DNA of 64,000 bases from Eledone cirrhosa (taxonomy: Eukaryota). The stretch spans positions 46,996,001 through 47,060,000 of the forward strand of contig OZ024750.1 of the NCBI GenBank assembly GCA_964016885.1, written 5' to 3'. Below are positions 1 through 15,553 of the stretch, piece by piece (position 1 is the stretch's first letter; every line of letters starts with the position of its first letter). Under the pieces are notes generated by a model, which worked only from the letters and a program-made list of their open reading frames with translations, did no database searches and was not told where the DNA came from. Both the position numbers and the translations under genes were made by a program.

Positions 1-159
1 ACTAAAACAAGAAGTACACATATACACACACCCACGATACGTACGAACCTGCATACTCACGCAGACGCAAACTCCCGTATACACATAGCCAAACCCTAAA
101 TGCCAGAGCCCTCTTTGGATTTTAGTCTTCAATTTTATTATTATTATTATTATTATTAC

Positions 160-654
<495 letters not shown>

Positions 655-721
655 AGATTTTGAGTTTATATTGGTTGTATACCAACACCTCAGTATGCAG
701 GCTGGAGCACTCGACGAAGTA
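655..721 (-). mobile_element. Terminal fragment of palindromic family F
   Basis: ACACCTCAGTATGCAG..TGGAGCACTCGACGAAGTA matches 26431-26467; flanked by TA tracts. Confidence 0.75.
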
Positions 722-759
722 TATATATATTCTTTATATTTGTATCAGACATATTGCTG

Positions 760-1180
760 CCGTGGAGTCAGTGCTGCTGTACTGGTCGGTAACTTGGACA
801 CTGACCATGAGACTCACTCAGATGGAGGATGGGTGCTACACAATAATGCTGATGATAGCTCTGAACATTAATCAGTATACACCGAGGATGAAAAACTTAG
901 AGCTGAATGGGAGCCTCCTAAAAGTCAGCTCAAAAGTGACACAGAGGAGACTGAGGTTGGCTGGAAATGCACACCGACATCCAGAGTCGACGTTGCAGAC
1001 AGTGGTCCTGTGGGAGACCCTACATGGACACACTGGAAGAGGAAGACCAAGGTTAACGTATGTTGATGCCCCAAGGACAGACAGTGGTCTGTTGGAGACG
1101 CAGGACATGGCAGCGATAATGAGGGACAGATACCGCTGGAGAGAACTCGTCCATGAATCTTGGGAATTTTACACGCCCTA
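760..1180 (+). mobile_element. RTE-type LINE 3' fragment (C-terminus of the RT ORF), 5'-truncated
   Basis: Translation VESVLLYWSVTWTLT...MLMIALNI...QRRLRLAGNAHRH...GRGRPRLTYVD...DRYRWRELV is a typical RTE C-terminus; close paralogue at 45909-46324. Confidence 0.88.
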
Positions 1181-1184
1181 GGAA

Positions 1185-1278
<94 letters not shown>

Positions 1279-2930
1279 TGTGAGTGAGAAACCGAGTATG
1301 TGAATTAGCTCATTCTTTATATATTTCAAGTGTGTACGTCTAATATTATGCTTACATATTTATCTAACTTTTACGTACGGCATTTGTGTGCCTGTAACTC
1401 GTTTAGCCGCGACTGTTTCTGTGGTTATGTTTATTTAGTTTTATGTGTGTATGAGATATTGTTTACCATTTATGTATTACGTCTGGCTTTTCATCTGCTG
1501 AGTGTTATTTGAACTAGTCGGTAATTAACCGGTCTGTGAAGGCAGTTATTTAACTAACTATATATATATTTGTATAGCACATACTATTCTATGTAGTAAT
1601 ACGATTTTATTTTGTTTTCTCTATCGAAATCAAATGGAAACAAATTCCTATATGTATTCATTTAAATAATTGTTTGCAAGAAAGCTCGAAACAACGCAGA
1701 CTACTTAGCACATACGATCATGTTCAAGAAACAACTTTTCATACCGGAAATATAGCTAATTAAAGGCGTTATTTATCAATATATGCTACTGCTAATTATT
1801 ATTCATAGAATTGCAATGTACAGACTGCGTCTGGGAAAATTCTTAATATATATAGATTTATATATGAATTATATTCGAACATGGCGGTATTATTTCACAA
1901 TGGCGGTATTACAATTTGGATAAAACTGGATGCAACTTGAAGCTTTTATGGTGACTGACCAGGTGCAAAATATCTGCGGAAATACACACACCTTTTATAG
2001 AATTCAGTTTCAAAATTATTTGGTCACACAGTTTAAGATTTTTTTAAAGAATCAAACAAACAGATTTGCTAATAAGGGAAAGGGAAAGCTGTGTCCGACT
2101 CTTCACTCAGGTTTAACACTACTGCGGCATTCTGCTAAATAGTGACGCTTCTGTCACGGATAATGGATTGTGTCACACGCCGATTAACTAGTCCACATAA
2201 TAGGGATTCACTGCTCCCTCTTTTGCAGAGGATCAGAGCAGTTCAGGGATCTAGGACACCAGACGATACGGCGAAGGCCGGTACGAATGAGATGGTCTCG
2301 GTCACATCCCACCATTTTGTTAACAATCTCTACTCCATATTTCTGGTAGTAGTATCCGGGTCTGGGTTTGAAGCGACAAGGTTAGAGGCGCAGAACCTGT
2401 CGCAACCCGTGGCATCGCAAATTATAAATATTCTGTCCTTAAACGGGATACACTTTAACATATCTGGGTGATTACCATTTACCCTGACCGGCAAGCTCCA
2501 GTTATGAAGAAAAAACCGCTCCCTCCACCTTCCATAAACTACCTTTTCGTTGTCACATATTAAACATATTTGTTAGTCTTATGATCGCAATGTCATATCT
2601 ATGATTCCAGACGGCGATCAGTGTCGTTCAACAAGATATATTATTTTAATCGGCTGGCAAACATGAGATGTAATGATGTCTTAAAGGACAAGTCTTGCCA
2701 CACAATGCACCCCATTGGTTCCCACTAAGAACTCTTTTATGGGTAGGGGGATTCTGTACCATTTGCACGTTACTTTTATGAGCAGGTATTCCGCCATTTA
2801 TATAAAGGTGACGCTCGTCGTTGGATCACACGAACACAAATACACGTACACACACACACATACATACACACACACACACACACACATCACACATACACAC
2901 ATATATTGATATTTAATTCGGTAATACAAC

Positions 2931-3019
2931 GTGTTAATTTACAATGTGAATATAAAATAATTCACCGGTAATGCAATGTGTTAATTTACAATGTGAATAT
3001 AAAATAATTCACCGGTAAT
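2931..3019. repeat. 47-bp tandem duplication
   Basis: GTGTTAATTTACAATGTGAATATAAAATAATTCACCGGTAAT occurs at 2931 and 2978. Confidence 0.85.
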
Positions 3020-6000
3020 TAAGGAAATATAAAGATTCACAAATTAGATATTTTTCTTCTTTCTTACATAACCAGGCATTAACAGATTTGGGAGAAAACA
3101 ACAACTATAGTCAAATTTTTCTTCACCGATATTTGAATGGGCATTCTTTTGTCGATCCCGGACTTTGTGCTGAGTAAAGTCACTCTCAGCGTTATTTGAA
3201 CCAATATGGTCAAAGGCCAAAGCTAAATAGTGTAAAGCGTTTCCCCACCACTGGCATCTTTTCTAATCCAGCGCCATTTTGTCTATGAATATAAAATAAT
3301 TTGTACTGCAATTATTTCTGGAAATTGAAAATGTTTTTGTTCTAATGCAAATTGGATTAAACTTAAATAAGTTTATGGTATTTCTATTTATAAATTCTAT
3401 TTCAGTATATTGTTTTATAAAATTTCGTTTTTGAAATTATTCTGTCCATTAAACCATTGTTTCTTTGTGTAACCAGGTTGAAATATGAAATATCACGCAT
3501 ACATACAATTACTGAAACAGAGACGACAATTTTTTTTTCGAAATTGGAATTCTCCACTTTTGTAAACAGCGTTAGTCTCGTCATCCGAGCATGTCCACTA
3601 ATTAAAATAAGGAAATTGCAGCATTGTTCATTTCCATTAAGTGGGCATTGTTCGGTGTTCTATAACAAATGAAATGATTTTGACCGATTAAAATCCACGA
3701 TAAGTGTTCAAGTCTAATCACGGGACACTTCAGTTACTAAATTGTTCATCTTTGGATAAAACATTGATAACATATATGTTTGCCTTCTTATTCTGTAGGC
3801 AATATTGTCGAACTGTTAGAAAGTTTGCTTCACTATCATAAGGTTCTGTATCAGTATTCGATTGGTGGACGTCGTTTACTGTAAAATATGATTCTGAAAT
3901 TGGGTAGATGAAAACAGTTTGAAAGATAGTTGAGTAGATTTTGCCTGTTCCTCAAGATGCCAGACTCGTTAAATTAAGTATCATCCAGAATTTCTCTGAT
4001 AATTTACTAGGAGAAGAGGTGTCGGTTGAATGGGCATCTAGTTTACGCTCTTTCTTCACCAATTTTCTCCGTTGATCGATCACCTGGAATAATATCGTTG
4101 AAACGATGGATATCTATTCGTTTCCAGCCCAGAGATTTAACCACAATATAAGCTTAAATAATGTTTATTATTATAAACTGTGTAAACAAATTCTGCAGAT
4201 CGTCGTTTTATTTTTCTCTGTACGTGTCTTTATGGCGATATAAACGAATCATCGAAGAACCCTACATTTCAATCTACCGCCAATATAAGGGTTTCAATGT
4301 ACGTATCCTTGAACGTTATTATTATTTCGATAAAACAATTTAATGGCTACCATTCTAGTGACATTTTAATTTTTACAATATTTTATATGTCGAATATATT
4401 TACATACCCCAATGGGAAATTAATCATTTTACATATATCATTGCTAAAAAAATTATATCCACAGCAACCACTTTCCTGCATTAGCTAACCAGTACGATCA
4501 CACTCACTGATTATTACTAAGGAATAAAACAAAACTATCAAAGTATTAACTCTCTCTATTCGCATCACAAAACCTATTAAAAAGAATCTCTATTATAGAG
4601 AAAATATATCGATTTTTATGAACCCTATATAAAAAAAAGTAAATATGCAAAAAAGGAAACAAGAAGCGATTTTCATTTCGTTAATGATATTCACAATATA
4701 TTTGCAACTACGCTTTTTCCTTTACCAATTTGTAAACAATAAAAGTATATTGAAATAGTCATAAACATTTAGAGCACAAATTAAGCCCGTTTATGTGCTA
4801 TTCAGTCAACTATATACTATTAGGAAAATACTTTTTCAACATTTCCTTCAAGAGTAATGTTACATTTGATGATTTATTACTTACGAAAAAAATAGTATAT
4901 AAGTTGAAGAATTGAAGATAATTTCTCTTGGAACATTAATTATATTTAATGCACTGAAATAGGAATTTATCGATAGCAACCAGCGGAGATTAATAACTTC
5001 AAGTTGGGATTTTTAGACGTTTCAAACAAATTAATTTTAAAAGTGGGTTATTTTTTCTCCTTGAACATGACATTTATTGAAATATAATTATGCCATAGAA
5101 CCAACATTTTATGAATTCTTCACAGATATTATCGTATCTCCAAAACAAAACAACAGTGTTTATGATACACAAACACACACCACATCATCAGACGTAGTAG
5201 GCTTTTTTTCTAACAGATACCGGAAACTCCAATTCTCTTCACTTAGCAGAACATTTTAGGGGCCAAGACAAAGATATAAGATTTTAAAGCGCAGCCTTCA
5301 CCTGTTTTGAACAAACTCCTCACTACACGACACCAATGTCGAACTAATTCAATGTTAAAGGCTTAGCGGTTTTCAGCAACGGGAAATAAAGTATCTTGCT
5401 CAAGAACTTTACGATGCACCCAGTGAAGGAATTGAGCTGAACATGTTATACACGTAACCAGGCGGTTACATCATTTAGAATATTTAATATCTAATTTAAA
5501 GATATGAGTGTAAGCTAATCGCTATAATATCAGTAAAGGTTTATTAAATATTTTGATTTGTTGTTTTTTTATGTAAAATGTAACTTTCAAATATTTGATA
5601 CTTAGATACAAAGTAAAATAATACTAAAAAAAAAACCAACTTATGATATTGTTTAAATATATCATTATTAGTAGAATGTGTTATGGAAATATTATATTAA
5701 TATTTGTTACAATACAGTAACCTAGCAGCACGACAAAGGGAAATCGACAAAATAATGCGTGAAATGAAAATATATAAATACTTATGGCGTGAAAATCTAC
5801 TAAATCTCTTGATAGTAAGAATATATTATCAGTAGTATAGATCAAGTAACCACGCAGTATGATTACACTACATCGATGAAATAGGTAACATACTCGGAAA
5901 TAAAGAAATACAGGGGTCGATTTGATCTAATAAATCACTTGGACGTGGTATCGAAGTATGGGCGTAGCCTAGTTACTGAAAAGAATATTAGATTATAATA

Positions 6001-8487
6001 ATAAAACACTATAAATATGACCGAAGAGCCTCACAAATTTAGGGATATTTTAGGGACGGTATAGATTACCACGAACCAGTACTTTGCTGGTACATAACCC
6101 GTCGACAGCAGAAGCTTGGAAGGTAATCTTTATCCCGGCATTATTTGAACTTAGAAAATAAATGAAAGTAAAACGTAATATAAACTACTAAATGAATGTA
6201 ATAAGCAAATAGAAAATAGGACAGAGCTAAAATGTGTAACTTCTACGAGATGTATTCTAATACTAACAGGCGTTAAACACGACAGAATGATGGTCCCATA
6301 TTTAGTGTCAATGTGGACGCTTTCGATGGTCGAAATGAAAGATCAATTATAGTTACACAATTACATTAGTAATATGTTATTTTAAGCCCCGGAAGAATGG
6401 AAACTTTGTTGAACCGAGCGGCATTTAAAAAAGAGAATAGAGAGGCTGGTAAATATATACTGTAATGCATTTCAGCTGACGTTCTAACGATTCTGGCGCT
6501 TTATTGCCGTCACTAAATCAAATCTTGAAATAATGATTTCTACTATTAGGCTCAAGGCCAGTACCTTTTCTTATTTGGGTGGGGTGGGGCTCCATTAAAT
6601 CAAATTTATTTAATCGACACTGTAAGGATTTGAAGTTAGATCGTAGAGCCCATTATCAATCTGCCGCAAATAATTTTTCCGACGCTCTACTGATTCTGCC
6701 AATCCACCACCCACGGCAAATAATGCACCAGAAATGTTTTATCGATCTAAATATCAATTATTATCGATTACAATCTCCACACGAATAAACACATAGTTTA
6801 ATCAGTTATAGAAATATGACATTGATAAAGATAAAATATTTGTAGAAAGAGAAGTAATGGGCTTATTCGTTAATATAAGAAACCATTTGAGATATAAAAT
6901 TCAATAAACTTTCGGTGAGAAGCTGATTATAAAGGAATTTACAAGATAGCTTATTGGCATAATCGTATTCGCATGATAATTAAGCATGACGACTTCTGGT
7001 GGGTGTCAATAAAATGGTCTCAGGAAACTGACAGGTAATTATGTAACATGAAAGTGCGTGGCTTAGCGATAGAGTTGTTTGAATTACGGTCATCGCTACG
7101 AAACCTTTGCTGTAAGGAATCATTGGTTAGAATACTTTATTTCCGTTGCTCCATTTGCCCGAGGTTGCGCCCGAAACATATCGTCAAATGAATTACCCAT
7201 GGAAACATTGTTTTCCCTAGTTAGATCTATCGCTCGGCATATTTTGAACAACACATGTGTTTTAAGGCCATTTTCCCTGTTAAAATAAGTGGTGGCATTG
7301 TTGACCCGATGTTAGGCTTCATACTTGTGATGACGTCATATTTTAGCAATACATGTATAGCATTTCTGATGCCAACCATTTTAGAAGCCTCTTATGACAT
7401 GCAGTGACTGGATGTATTTATATTGATTGAACATTGGAGACATATGGAATAGTTGAACAACGATCAATAAATTATGTTAATCGATATTGAAAATGATTTT
7501 CTTCATAGATCTTCCGATTATATAATACCATTATGCATTGGATCAATAATAAGCTCATGAATAGCAAATTTGATCTCATGCGTTTTTTCACATTGATCGG
7601 GAAAAGGCGTAACAGACCATCGTCAATTATTCTCTCCTGTGAGCTTCTCATTATATTACTCACGATCATCTGGGGTACTAATTCTTCTAGGCCGCCACGT
7701 TAGAGGTCTTCAGAATGCAATTATCCCCGAACGTTACACCTCCTGAGTTTATCGGTAGTTTAGGAATAAATAATAAATAATTGTGACCTAGGCAAGGACG
7801 GATACCACGACTTAAAATAATATATAATCCTGGACATTCTCTCTATCGATCAGCTAATGGTCCAGCTCGCGAATTACTGTATACCCATAACGTAATCCTA
7901 AGCTAGAATCAACATGACGAGACTGATCCTATTAATACAATCAATTCGAGAGTTTCTATCGATGAATTCATTTTACAATGCTTGCATGAGCCCAATACTA
8001 TGACAAAGACAATAGCAAAGTTACCCCAGAATTCATGTTTGTAAAGAGAACTTCCTCACCACGCTGCCATGCTTGCCTCCACATAAACTAAGCCAGAGAA
8101 ATAACTGAATACTGTATCGCATTTCCTTCACATTTTAAGTAATTTCAATTCATTCCAAACAACTATGTATATATTAGGCTTCGTGTCTGAATTAGAATAC
8201 AGAAATAGTACATTGCGTTTTGCTGGAATTGATGAATTAAATTACAAGTCCACGAGTTGCTGGACGACCATCGGTTTCCATTTGTTTGATCAACGGTAGA
8301 ACATGTTCATAAAATTAACGGTAGCGGAGCTGTCGACAGGTACAATTAGCCATAAGCAATTTTTAGTGTAATTCGATGTGACACCACGTGTCTTTTCTGG
8401 AGCTTTGAATCACAGGTAGAGTCTATTAAACGGCCTTCCATGCAGCTTCTTTCTATCGAATGACACACATAAGACAAGGTTTGGTAA

Positions 8488-8945
8488 AGGCGCACGGCTT
8501 AGTGGTTAAAGCATTGGGCTTGCAATCGAAAGGTTGTGATTTCGATACTCGGACCGGGTGATGCGTTTTGTCCTTGAGAGGGGCACTATATTTCATGTTG
8601 TTCCAGTTTACTCAGCTGAGCTGTAGAAATGAGTTGCGACGGCACTAGTACCAAGCTGAATCGGCCATAAACTTTCCCTTAGACATCATCATATATAGTG
8701 TAGTGTATATATGGTGTATACATTGTACATATAGTACGTATATAATGTATATATATGTTGTCACGTCACTGTTGCCAAGCTGTATCTTTCAAGGCCTTTC
8801 CTTGGACATCATCGACGGCGTGGAGAGGGAAGGCTGATATGCAAGGACCACTGTTGGTCATCCTCAAAACAACCTTGCCCGGACTTGTGCCTCGGAGGTA
8901 AACGTTCTAGGCGCAAATCAAATGTTCACACGTGACCGAAGACAG
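8488..8945 (+). mobile_element. tRNA-derived SINE family 2, with an internal duplication/insertion
   Basis: A-box-like GGCTTAGTGGTTAAAGC head and degenerate B box; body is homologous to the reverse complement of 56445-56752. Confidence 0.7.
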
Positions 8946-10545
8946 TATAATACAGTTTTCCAAGATGCAAAATAATGGAAAGAACCTGGTGCCTATTGAC
9001 CTATCGGCCAAGCCTCGTTCACAGTCAGATAATGCTTCTAATCGACATTTCCACCCCTCGTGAAAAAATATTGTCCGGGTTCTTAAATTAGAAGCCCTTA
9101 TTTTATATCGTTGTATATAATATATCAAATTAACCATTGCTATTCTATTGTATTTTATACAGAATATGACTGAATTTCATATTGACATTTTTCAGCTTAG
9201 GAAACGTTGTCTACATATCAAGAAAATATTCTAACGGACTGTTATAATTGTTTTGATATGGACCTGCGTTAAAACAATACTGGTACTATGCTAAATACTT
9301 GTATACATTACGTCATAATGTCATGTAAGCGCCTATGTTTTTTATTTACAATCACAAGCAAATTAAAACAAACATTTGTTATATTACAAATCCCCTCCTA
9401 ATTAGAAAACTATCATAGGAAGTGTTTTTAATGACACATAATGTTACGAAAAATTCAACAACACTGCATGGCAACAATGTAATTTTCGCAGTTTCCATCC
9501 TTGTAAGGTGTCAGAGCAGCTATATGCTCACAGGATACAGTGATTCCTTGCGCAAACCAATACCGGATTGCGCTGACAAAATCATAAAATGAAAAGTCTA
9601 TAATTTGTGCAGGAGCTTGAAAATGATAACGCTGTATAACGTAGATAAAAGTAATAACAAAACTGGATTATTAAACTTTCAAAATTTGATATGAATGTTG
9701 GCAGAATTGAGATCCACAACAAATAGAAGCTAAGCCTAAGACAACATATTTAACATGACTGCGAATATATAATATAAAAGTTGAAATGATCAAATCAGAC
9801 AACAAATCAATGTAATTTCCATATTATTCTATATTAATCTTACTATTGAAGGCGAGAGTAATATCTTTCTAACATTAAAAGGAAAGGGACGTAAGAGGCA
9901 GAGAGAGCGTGTTGCAGTGAAACAGAGAGACATGTATGGATATAGATATGAAAGATGGAAGTAAATTGACATTTCAAGAGTCGGCTGATGTCAAATGTAA
10001 CAGAATAGCTTAGCATTTGGATGCAATTAATATATTCCAAACTGACACAGCATATGATGGAAACACTAGAGTTAAGGAATAGACGGATATATTACAGCAT
10101 ATTCTTCAAACATCATGGGGTATATTGGCTATTCAGCAGCGGCCTTAACTTATATGCTGGCAATGATAAAGTTGATTATATATATCAACATGCAAACTAT
10201 CCTTATATCGTTTATATAGAAATGCGGGCTCTGAAATCACAGAATCGTCAACAAAGTAAACATGTCATTCAATTATACTCGTCCCTTATCTCTTATTAAT
10301 GTCGCAGGGTCGCTTTCATTAATTACATATCTCGGTATTGTAAGCCAGGTTGAACCTATCAAAATCTAAGTTGGAGTTCAGCTAGATTATTCCAGGGAAA
10401 GAGAAACGCATTGTATAATATTTAAGAACCAGTCCAGTATTAGAGAGGTATTTATCGAATAAATATGAAGTTGAAGTTGATGGAATATAAACTCAACGAG
10501 TAGTGAGCCGGTAGATATATCGAGGCATTATTAAACAGACACCCC

Positions 10546-10730
10546 GGGCGGTGGATTGGCAGTATCGGTAGAGGGTCGGACGCCATGCTTTCCAGCATAG
10601 TTACATCCCTTTATGATCTGAGTTCAAATCTCGCCGAGGTTGACTTTGCCTTTCATCGTTACGTGGTCGATAAAATAAAGTACCAGTAATGCACTGGGTG
10701 GTTGCTGGCCTTGTGCCTAAAGTAGAAGCA
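10546..10730 (+). mobile_element. tRNA-derived SINE family 1 (~190 bp), full length, with 19-bp TSD
   Basis: GGCGGTGGATTGGCAGTATCGGTAGAG head, GAGTTCAAATC B box, GCCTTTCATC..GGTCGATAAAATAAAGTACCAG core. TSD ATTATTAAACAGACACCCC at 10527-10545 and 10731-10749. Confidence 0.92.
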
Positions 10731-10872
10731 ATTATTAAACAGACACCCCATTGAGAGAATAATAACGAGGAATCGCTTTATTTACCATCCAATAATAATC
10801 TGAGGTTTTCTTAGGACGAATTAGAGCAATCTCTGCACAATTATACTGTTATTATATTCAGTTATTATATAC

Positions 10873-10945
10873 GGGGTCGGTAAAATAAAGTACCAGTAAT
10901 GCAGTGGGTAATTGCTGGCCTTGTGCCTAAAGTAGTAACAATTAT
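10873..10945 (+). mobile_element. SINE family 1, 5'-truncated
   Basis: Only the 3' ~70 bp of family 1 is present; ATTATATTCAGT occurs on both sides. Confidence 0.8.
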
Positions 10946-11062
10946 ATTCAGTATTTACAAATATGTAAATATTTGTATTTTGGTAGAATCATTTGTATTC
11001 TGTTCCGCAAAGAATAAACATACGCTATTAATTATTTAGTTACATTTAATTGTCTCTACATT

Positions 11063-11232
11063 TGATACAAGGCCAGCAATTAACTAATACATTACGGGTA
11101 CTTTAATTTATCAACCCTGTAAGGATGAAAGGCAAAGTTAACCTAAGCGGGATTTGAACTCCAAATGACTAGGGCCTAACTCTATTCTGCAAAGCATGGC
11201 GTCTGACCATCTACCGATACTGCCAATCCACT
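11063..11232 (-). mobile_element. SINE family 1, diverged
   Basis: Reverse complement of family 1 (AGGATGAAAGGCAAAGTTAACC...GATTTGAACTC...TACCGATACTGCCAATCCA). Confidence 0.85.
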
Positions 11233-11486
11233 CACTAATTGACCGCTTGGAAAACTCCACGATTTAACTAGAAATGGCATCAAATTATTAAAACAAATAA
11301 AAGACCTGCGGTAAAGTTAGGTTAATTTAATTAGCTATTCAGCGTGGTTTGGTACATTATTTTGCCAACGCCAGGTGGATTAAATACGAATTTGAATACG
11401 TCGGAATTTGAACACAGTTGAAAATGAGGTCGAAAAACGCAACAAAGTATTTTATCCGACGCATTAACGATACTCCCAATCTACCA

Positions 11487-11736
<250 letters not shown>

Positions 11737-11747
11737 TATATATATTA

Positions 11748-11781
<34 letters not shown>

Positions 11782-11801
11782 CATATATATATATATATAT
11801 C

Positions 11802-11902
<101 letters not shown>

Positions 11903-11919
11903 ATATAAATATATATATA

Positions 11920-12507
<588 letters not shown>

Positions 12508-12511
<4 letters not shown>

Positions 12512-13208
12512 AAATAACGAAACGAAATTAAATTTCGTTTCGTTTGTAACTCACTTTTGTATGACTGACGCTCAAACAATTAAGTCAAAGATGTACATCC
12601 ATATATGTATACTGAAATACTAGTATGTATATGAATACACACACGTATACATATGTAGATGTACCAAGTTTTTTTTCACTGATCACTTTACTGTGAGTGG
12701 CCAGCTATTCTGTATGTAAACACACAGACAAACCGGTTTTTAGAGTCATACTGGTTTTTGAGGAAACACCTTTCCTCTATTCTCCAGAAAGCCAGACAAG
12801 GAATATTGAACTAGTTTCGTTGTTGTTACAACTCATCAGCAATATTTACCTATCTTCCGGCCTCTCTAGAGAATCGTAAAAGCACATATCGCTATATGCT
12901 TTTTCTATGAAAATTAGTAGTGGGCAGACCAACTTGCATAGAGTGTGAGTAAGTACCGGTTCAACGGAGACGATAAAAACAAATAACGAAACGAAATTAA
13001 ATTTCGTTTCGTTTGTAACTCACTTTTGTATGACTGACGCTCAAACAATTAAGTCAAAGATGTACATCCATATATGTATACTGAAATACTAGTATGTATA
13101 TGAATACACACACGTATACATATGTAGATGTACCAAGTTTTTTTTCACTGATCACTTTACTGTGAGTGGCCAGCTATTCTGTATGTAAACACACAGACAA
13201 ACCGGTTT
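12508..13208 (-). mobile_element. Family B hammerhead element: 1.5 tandem units of a 469-bp monomer
   Basis: 12508-12739 is repeated directly at 12977-13208; homologous to 32617-33481 and 49452-50190. Confidence 0.9.
12802..12846 (-). ncRNA. Minimal type I hammerhead ribozyme (family B)
   Basis: Reverse complement reads AATATTG CTGATGA GTTGT aaca ACAAC GAAA C ta GTT CAATATT. Confidence 0.85.
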
Positions 13209-13270
13209 AAGAATAAGTCTTTTAATACAAATATGTGTGTGTGTGTGTAGTAAATAAGTTAATTGTTGTG

Positions 13271-13455
13271 ATAATTGTTTCTACTTTAGGCACAAGGCCA
13301 GCCAGAAACCAGTGCATTACTGGTACTTTATTTTATCGACCCCGTAAGGATGAAAGGCAAAGTCAACCTCGGCGGGATTTGAACTCAGATCGTAAAGGGA
13401 CGTAACTATGCTGGAAAGCATGGCGTCCGACCCTCTACCGATACTGCCAATCCAA
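13271..13455 (-). mobile_element. SINE family 1 with TSD
   Basis: Near full-length reverse complement; ATTGTTGTGATAAT at 13262-13275 and ~13458-13471. Confidence 0.9.
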
Positions 13456-13540
13456 CGATTGTTGTGATAATGGTCAGTTGGGATGTGTTTGAATTGCAGT
13501 CATGTTGAAAGATCAACAGTTCAGGTGTCTATTAAGACAA

Positions 13541-13634
<94 letters not shown>

Positions 13635-13842
13635 AGCAGAATGGTTAGTGGTAGAGGGAATCGGTCAGTAGGAATGTGTCTGTACGTGTGTGGCGGATAT
13701 TTTAACATGTTGATATATATTTTTCAGCTCTTGTCTTATACTATGAAGTGTGTGTGTGTGTCTGTGTATGTCTGTTTGTATGTTAGTGTACGCGTGTGTA
13801 TGTGTTTGTGTATATGTGTATGTGTGTGCATATGTGTGTGTA

Positions 13843-13878
<36 letters not shown>

Positions 13879-14329
13879 GACCAGTATTTTTGTGATACTG
13901 GTAAAAATGGTGTACATTATTCGATATTTTCAGTAATTTGCAAAAACGATTCTCTCAAAAGAACATCAAAAACATGAATAATAAAAGGGCTGAAATGATA
14001 TATAGTTTTATCATAATACCAAGGTGTGTGTGAGTGTCCAGATTGTACGTACTGCAAGGGAATCCATTAGGCCCTGCCGTATGGGAATACATGTGTACAA
14101 ATATGTATGTGCCCATCAGTGTGCAATGCATGTGTGCGTATATGTATGTGTGTATGTCGGCACGTTTATATCTATAGACATCAAAAGGTATGCAAATTTG
14201 TGTATATTTGTGTTGCACCATAGAACATGTGTGTTTACGTATGTCATTGTGTTTATATGTGGATAAAAATGTATGTAGGATGTATGCTGGTATATGTATG
14301 TATGTTGACGTGTGTATGTTGCAGGGTTC

Positions 14330-14800
14330 GTCTTAGGGATGGGTGTGTTTGGCATTATCTTTAAATTTGTAAAGGGGAAATATTCTAAAGTTTGGATGAT
14401 TTTGGGCAGCACAAGTATGAATGTGTTCACTCAGTGGTATTTTTCTGTATTCCCGTATTTTAATTTTGGATCTATGGACAGTGATGCGTTGGCGGGGGAT
14501 GTTTTTGGTCTGGCCTATGTATTGTTCTCGACAACCTGAGCAAGTTAATACATATATTAGATTTTCTGATGCGCATGTGAAATTGTGTTTTACTATAAAA
14601 CGTTGTCGTTCTTTGAAATAGAATTCCGAACCCTCTATTGGGTTGATTTGTATGCCACAGTTGCGTATATCGCATTTTATTTACTGTGGGTTTCGTTATT
14701 GTGGTTGGCAGTACTTTGGCATGTGGTAGGATGTTTTTCATTGACTTAGATTGTCTTTTGCTCTTTATGATATCGTTTGTTCGAATGAATTGGTTCATTT
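14330..14800 (-). pseudogene. Penelope-like retroelement GIY-YIG endonuclease relic (Neptune-like), frameshifted
   Basis: Manual minus-strand translation gives IIKSKRQSKSMKNIL..KPTV/KC..FIVKHNFTCASENLIYVLTCSGCREQYIGQTK..RQRITVHRSKI..PLSEH. This shows the GIY-YIG motif pair, CxxC..H..H, and an upstream Cys-containing linker. Confidence 0.88.
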
Positions 14801-14825
14801 ATGGCCCCCTTTTAACACAGAGATG

Positions 14826-14874
<49 letters not shown>

Positions 14875-15501
14875 TGTGTGTGTACACGATATAATTAGAT
14901 GTATATTAAATATAAGATATGGATGAAACTGGGAAAATAGAATATTTTACGAGTTATATTTTGAAGATGAACACTATTTTTCCTATAGTCTATTTTGTAG
15001 GAAACATGTCCACAGTCTTCAATACTATACTGCGGCCATGATGCAGCATACACAGACACACACACATCCACACAGACACACACACATACGCACACGCACA
15101 CATATACAAACACACATACACACAGACACACACACCCACACACACACACACATACATATATAATGAGTTAGAAACTCAGAGTAGTCTCTTACAATTAAAT
15201 AGTTCTAAGAAAAAATATTTTCCGAGCCGTGTAATATAATTGAATAAACAAGAGCGATGAAATTTAAACATACATGTGTTCGAATTGTAAAAACCAAGTC
15301 TGCTAGGGTGAAAACATACTAACTACAGCAATATGGTTTGTCAGACTTAATTTTAAGTATTAAATTAAGAAAAATAACAGATCTATATTGGGCATACCCT
15401 GGTAACAACTAGACAGTTTTGGAGACTCTTCCGCAACATCTTATTAAGTGAGGCCCTCCACACTTTTTTTCTGCTCCTCAGTAGTTGTTGAGAAATTCTT
15501 C

Positions 15502-15553
15502 TTTTTATTAAAACATTCTTTTTATTAAAACATTCTTTTTATTAAAACATTCT
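15502..15553. repeat. 17-bp tandem repeat x3
   Basis: TTTTATTAAAACATTCT repeated three times. Confidence 0.85.

Noticed and set aside
1560-10500. Host protein-coding exons in the microsatellite-poor stretch
   Set aside because: Only short ORFs without recognisable domains and decayed SINE traces are present; small exons cannot be excluded without RNA data.
10546-10640. tRNA genes
   Set aside because: The A/B-box heads belong to SINEs; no complete cloverleaf is present.
12697-12879. Recurring 60-aa ORF (SYSVCKH..KPVFRVILVF), also at 49624 and 49891
   Set aside because: It recurs only because family B is repeated; it is antisense to the ribozyme, has non-ATG starts and is not intact in the 32.6-kb copy.
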